Shown here: one piece after another, positions 43,797-64,000 of the stretch
Layout of the letters: each line of letters starts with the position of its first letter
Numbering within the stretch: position 1 is the first letter of the stretch
DNA from: the human T2T-CHM13v2.0 reference genome, Homo sapiens
Length of the DNA stretch: 64,000 bases
Reading direction: 5' to 3' (one strand)
Assembly: GCF_009914755.1 (NCBI RefSeq)
Contig: NC_060926.1
Notes under the pieces: model-generated
The model's database searches: none
Seen by the model: only the letters and a program-made list of their open reading frames with translations
What the model was told of the DNA's origin: nothing
Program-made: the position numbers and the translations under genes

Positions 43797-44099
43797 TGAT
43801 CCGCCTGCCTCAGCCTCCCAAAGTGCTGGGATTACAGGCGTCAGCCACCGCGCCCGGCTTAATCTGGAAATATTTCAAACGGAGAGCAGGACTAACTTAT
43901 TTCCTTAATTCATTTAACAAAAGTTATTGTCAGTACCCACTGTGCAAGGCACCATCCCACATACACAAATTTATAAATTGTCCCCTTTTCTGGTAAATGC
44001 TGAATGAAATCATCTGTCCTGGTGGACCTTTCCATTTCCAATATCAATTAAGGAAGAGGCCTGACTACTAAATACTGTGACTTTTATGTTTTTTTTTTA

Positions 44100-44384
<285 letters not shown>

Positions 44385-44399
44385 TCAAAAAAAAAAAGT

Positions 44400-48070
<3,671 letters not shown>

Positions 48071-50199
48071 AAGTGACTCAGCTGTCAATGTACTAAAATG
48101 GAACCATCTCTAAGCTGTATGTCATTGAAAAAAGATTGATTCAGAAGTGGGGGCTCCACATAAGAAAATGTGGTTGTGTGTACATGAAGTATCTCTGAAA
48201 GGAACCGATAACAACCAAAACCTGGTTGTCTCTGAAGCAGTGTTTGGGGTGGCTGGGTGTCAAAGTGGGAAGGAGACTTACTTTTCATTTTATGCCTTTT
48301 TGCACATCTTGAATTTTGTACCATATACACTACCCATCCAAATAAATTGTCGGTATTTTTAGTGTGTCCCATCCTGAGTGGTCCTCTCGGGAGGCTGAAC
48401 TCTCCCTCCAGCGGTGCTGCCCAGCTCACAGCATGTTTTGGAGTGCTCCTCTTTCACCTGCCTTCCAAGCCTCGGGGTGTTGATTTGCAGCCCTCCATGG
48501 TAGCAAATCCTCAGGGGTGGAACTGAATTTTGAAAACAGTCCCAAGTGGTTCGGGGCCAAGTCTGGTGGTTGTTGATTTTGACTAGAGAATAGATGGCAT
48601 GATTTATTTGTCTTCTGCCTCTTTTCACCAAGGAACTGAGGCCTTGGGCTGGTCCAAAGGCCAATTTCCTTATGTGGTCTGGAGATCATTCACAGAGAAG
48701 AGCTCCAGAAATGTTGTCCCAGTAGCATCATAGAAATAGGTGTAGAGTCCCCTTCAGGAAGATTAATCTGGTTCTTTGGGCTGTAAGTGATCAAAGCAAT
48801 ACCAAGTGCCTTAAATTAAAAAAAAAAAAAAAAAAAAACGGAAAGTTTGTTGGCCCAAGGCCAGGAAGGACAGTGTGGGAGCTCAACTCACAAAGTTGAG
48901 GGAAGCACTGCAGGAACCAAGGGGCTGGCCTGCTCCTCCTCTCCAGCCTCCTCTGCTTCTTACATATTGACCTCTCTTTCTTCCTACTCCCCCAGGGGGC
49001 AGGAAACATGGCTTCCACAGGTTCCAGTTGAAGAATCCCAGTTCCATCTATAAATTCCAGGGAAGGTCTCTGATTGGCCCTGCTCATACCCAGGCCCATT
49101 CCTTGACCCAGTCACTGAAGTCAGGGAGATGCAGTAATAAGACTGGCTGGAATCAGGGTCTTTAGGGGTGGAGGGATGGGGAGGAGGCACAGCATGTCAT
49201 CAAAATAAGGAAATTGCAAAAGAAAGCTTGCAGGCTACTTTGAATGACAATGAGAAAGACGGTGCTGCCTGAGTGTGTTAAGGATCCACATGGTCTCCAA
49301 AATCCTCCAGGAGCATACAGTCTAGTCTGGGAGATGAGACACAAAAATAACCAGAACACAACAGCTTGCACTGACTCGAGGGCTGGATAAGAATATCTGG
49401 AACTCCCCCATCTATTTCAGAAGCTTGTCTCTTGGATGAAAATTAGACACTTAATGGGAAAGGGCTTTGAAAAGAGTGCAGTAACAAAGCCCCCTTTACA
49501 ATTTACCCGGCACATTCACACCCATCCTGAGGCCAAAGCCACAGGCTGTGAGGTCTCACTGTCTCAGCTTCCTGAGCTATAAAATGGGAATGATGCTAGT
49601 CTCTACCTCCTAGGGTTGGAGAATTGGGGGTCATGGGTGTGAAGTGCTCAGCAGCTTGGCCCACACTAGGTGGTCAGTACATGTAAGGTATTATTGTTGC
49701 TACATACATTAGTAGGGCCTGGGCCTCTTTAAACCTTTATAGGGTAGCATGGCAAGGCTAACCATCCTCACTTTATATCTGACAAGCTGGGGCTCAGAGA
49801 GGACGTGCCTGAGCTGGGGCTCAGACAAGGACACACCTACTAGTAACCCCTCCAGCTGGTGATGGCAGGTCTAGGGTAGGACCAGTGACTGGCTCCTAAT
49901 CGAGCACTCTATTTTCAGGGTTTGCATTCCAAAAGGGTCAGGTCCAAGAGGGACCTGGAGTGCCAAGTGGAGGTGTAGAGGCACGGCCAGTACCCATGGA
50001 GAATGGTGGATGTCCTTAGGGGTTAGCAAGTGCCGTGTGCTAAGGAGGGGGCTTTGGAGGTTGGGCAGGCCCTCTGTGGGGCTCCATTTTTGTGGGGGTG
50101 GGGGCTGGAGCATTATAGGGGGTGGGAAGTGATTGGGGCTGTCACCCTAGCCTTCCTTATCTGACGCCCACCCATGCCTCCTCAGGTACCCCCTGCCCC

Positions 50200-50480
50200 C
50201 CACAGCTCCTCTCCTGTGCCTTGTTTCCCAGCCATGCGTTCTCCTCTATAAATACCCGCTCTGGTATTTGGGGTTGGCAGCTGTTGCTGCCAGGGAGATG
50301 GTTGGGTTGACATGCGGCTCCTGACAAAACACAAACCCCTGGTGTGTGTGGGCGTGGGTGGTGTGAGTAGGGGGATGAATCAGGGAGGGGGCAGGGGACC
50401 CAGGGGGCAGGAGCCACACAAAGTCTGTGCGGGGGTGGGAGCGCACATAGCAATTGGAAACTGAAAGCTTATCAGACCCT
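50200..50480 (+). promoter_or_regulatory. DES: DES muscle-specific upstream enhancer (about -970 to -690)
   Basis: MEF2-type CTATAAATAC 50246-50255, GGTATTT 50263-50269, E-box CAGCTG 50278-50283, downstream GT/GC boxes; position matches the known human desmin enhancer. Confidence 0.85.
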
Positions 50481-50908
50481 TTCTGGAAATCAGCCCACTG
50501 TTTATAAACTTGAGGCCCCACCCTCGACAGTACCGGGGAGGAAGAGGGCCTGCACTAGTCCAGAGGGAAACTGAGGCTCAGGGCCAGCTCGCCCATAGAC
50601 ATACATGGCAGGCAGGCTTTGGCCAGGATCCCTCCGCCTGCCAGGCGTCTCCCTGCCCTCCCTTCCTGCCTAGAGACCCCCACCCTCAAGCCTGGCTGGT
50701 CTTTGCCTGAGACCCAAACCTCTTCGACTTCAAGAGAATATTTAGGAACAAGGTGGTTTAGGGCCTTTCCTGGGAACAGGCCTTGACCCTTTAAGAAATG
50801 ACCCAAAGTCTCTCCTTGACCAAAAAGGGGACCCTCAAACTAAAGGGAAGCCTCTCTTCTGCTGTCTCCCCTGACCCCACTCCCCCCCACCCCAGGACGA
50901 GGAGATAA

Positions 50909-58786
<7,878 letters not shown>

Positions 58787-59509
58787 AGACAGAGACCCTC
58801 TGCCACCAGAGACCGTCCTCACCCCTGTCCTCACTGCTCCCTGAAGCCAGCCTTCTTCCATCCCAGGACACCACACCCAGCCTCAGTCCTCCCCTCACAG
58901 CCTCTGACCCCTCCTCACTGGCCATCCCTCGTGGTCCCCAACAGCGACATAGCCCATCCCTGCCTGGTCACAGGGCATGCCCCGGCCACCTCTGCGGACC
59001 CCAGCTGTGAGCCTTGGCTGTTGGCAGTGAGTGAGCCTGGCTCTTGTGCTGGATGGAGCCCAGGCGGGAGCGGTGGCCCTGTCCCTCCCACCTCTGTGAC
59101 CTCAGGCACTAGCCTTTGGCTCTGGAGACAGCCCCAGAGCAGGGTGTTGGGATACTGCAGGGCCAGGACTGAGCCCCGCAGACCTCCCCAGCCCCTAGCC
59201 CAGGAGAGAGAAAGCCAGGCAGGTAGCCAGGGGGACTAGCCCCTGTGGAGACTGGGGGGCTTGAAATTGTCCCCGTGGTCTCTTACTTTCCTTTCCCCAG
59301 CCCAGGGTGGACTTAGAAAGCAGGGGCTACAAGAGGGAATCCCCGAAGGTGCTGGAGGTGGGAGCAGGAGATTGAGAAGGAGAGAAAGTGGGTGAGATGC
59401 TGGAGAAGAGAGGAGAGGAGAGAGGCAGAGAGCGGTCTCAGGCTGGTGGGAGGGGCGCCCACCTCCCCACGCCCTCCCCTCCCCTGCTGCAGGGGCTCTG
59501 GAGAGAAAC

Positions 59510-59515
59510 AATAAA
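59510..59515 (+). terminator. DES: DES polyadenylation signal AATAAA
   Basis: Canonical hexamer ~725 nt after the stop, followed by CA-rich cleavage region. Confidence 0.9.
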
Positions 59516-59895
59516 GAGATTCACACACAAGCCAAGCTGGCCCCTGTCGTCTTGACTGCCAGGTCTCCTGTGGGGCCCCTGGGGCCCTGTGATACAACCT
59601 GTCACCCTGAGATGGACTATACTGACCTTCTACCCAGCCAGACTTTCCCCAGGGCCTCGCGCCCACTTCTGTTCCCAGAGCCACCTGGCCTTGATGTCTG
59701 TATGCAGTGTATGGGGCAGGGAGGGCTGGACAGGGCTTTTGTTGGGGAACCACAAATACCTCTCGTTAGGCCCCAGTTCCAGGACTGCACCCCTTGTGCT
59801 CTCTACTACACCTTCAGGTCAGCCAGGCTGGGGGACACCACCTGCTATTCCTTTTGAAGGATGTAGCTGCTCCCCACTGACTGGCTCTGAAGTAG

Positions 59896-62843
<2,948 letters not shown>

Positions 62844-64000
62844 TCAAGACTCTGAACAGTCAAGAAGTAACAGGGCTCATAGAATGCTGATCGGCTTCCC
62901 ACCGGACCCAAAGGATCAGGCCCAGACCAGCTCTGACCCCAGCAGACAGGGTGTAATGGAAGGGATCATGGAGGCAGGCACCATATGCCAGGACTGATGG
63001 ATCAGCAGACATTTTCCTGCCTGTCTGTCCACTCCAGGTATATTTTCACCCCCGTCCCTTGAGGCCCCTGTCCTATTCTACTCATTCACCCCCTCCCTCC
63101 TTCCTCTCACCACAAGCTCACCCAAGGCACATCTGCAAATGCTTCAATAACCTTCGATTTAACACCTAAAACGTCAGCTACCTAAGGGTAGAATTTTAAT
63201 CCATTTTATTCACTATTGTATCCCAAGTGCCCAGAAGAATGCCTGGAAGAATAGTAGGTACTCATTAAATATTTAAATACTTAATGAATGAATACCTACT
63301 GCGCACTTTTACTTACTTTTCTCTAAATTAAATATTCACCAGGAAGGGCTGATGGCCCCCACTTTATTCACTGATTCAATGAACACTTACTGAGATTTTT
63401 CCCATGTGCCAGGCATGTGGTACATCATTATGGCTTAAGAAGTGCCCAGTGGCACCTCCAGAGAGGTAGGGTGACCTGCAAAGGTCACACAGCAGTCTGT
63501 AGCAAAGGAGGACTGGGCTCCAGGCTCCCTGGCCTCTGGAGCTCAGATCTCTTTCCATGACACCAGAGGCTTGTGATCGCAAGACAGGGCAGACTGGCAG
63601 CACACACACCCAGCTAGGCGCCAGGCTGCAGGGCACTGTGGGGCCCATGCTGAGGGACAGACGAGTGACTTGCAGCCAGCTGTCCCAAGTGCCTGGCCTG
63701 GCCTGGCCAGAGCCTGACGGCTTCCAGCTGTCACAGCTAGTTAGTGTGGGCTCCTCCCAGAAGAGGGCACCAGTGACTTGCATGGACTTGTGCCCTCCCT
63801 ACCCAGGCCCACAGACTCCTGCACGCAAATCAACGAATGCCCCAATTATGGATCTAGGAAGGCAGAAGGCAAGTCATGTTCCAGGCTCTGTGCCAGGCCC
63901 TTTTAAATAGTTAATCTTCATTTGAATATTTAATATAATAATTTAATGTCATTACTACAACGTAAGTCAGATCATGTAATTCTTCTGCTCAAAGCCCTAA

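Noticed and set aside
48647-48661. ggctggtccaaagg resembling a Y RNA 5' end
   Set aside because: Similarity ends after about 14 nt, with no 3' stem partner or U-tail.

Overview
Primate DNA, almost certainly human chr2q35, judged from the proteins encoded and roughly 50 Alu elements. It holds two complete protein-coding genes. DNPEP (aspartyl aminopeptidase, peptidase M18) is on the minus strand with 15 coding exons (20564 down to 7045, 485 aa) and a probable distal alternative first coding exon at 32663-32722 (493 aa form). DES (desmin) is on the plus strand with 9 exons (51257-58786, 470 aa). I checked every exon boundary by hand for GT-AG and reading phase. Between the genes are the DNPEP CpG-island promoter with a degenerate GC-box minisatellite, clusters of muscle motifs where the DES locus control region is known to lie, and the known DES enhancer and promoter. 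The rest is Alu, L1, L2, MIR, LTR and DNA-transposon sequence, and most short ORFs in the track are Alu or GC-rich artefacts. I found no convincing new gene system. The least ordinary observations are a ~220-bp inverted templated duplication inserted into the middle of an Alu, an Alu with a ~54-bp flanking duplication, an antisense Alu in DES intron 7 one CpG transition away from a splice acceptor, several alternative DNPEP 5' ends, and a candidate CTCF/YY1 boundary.
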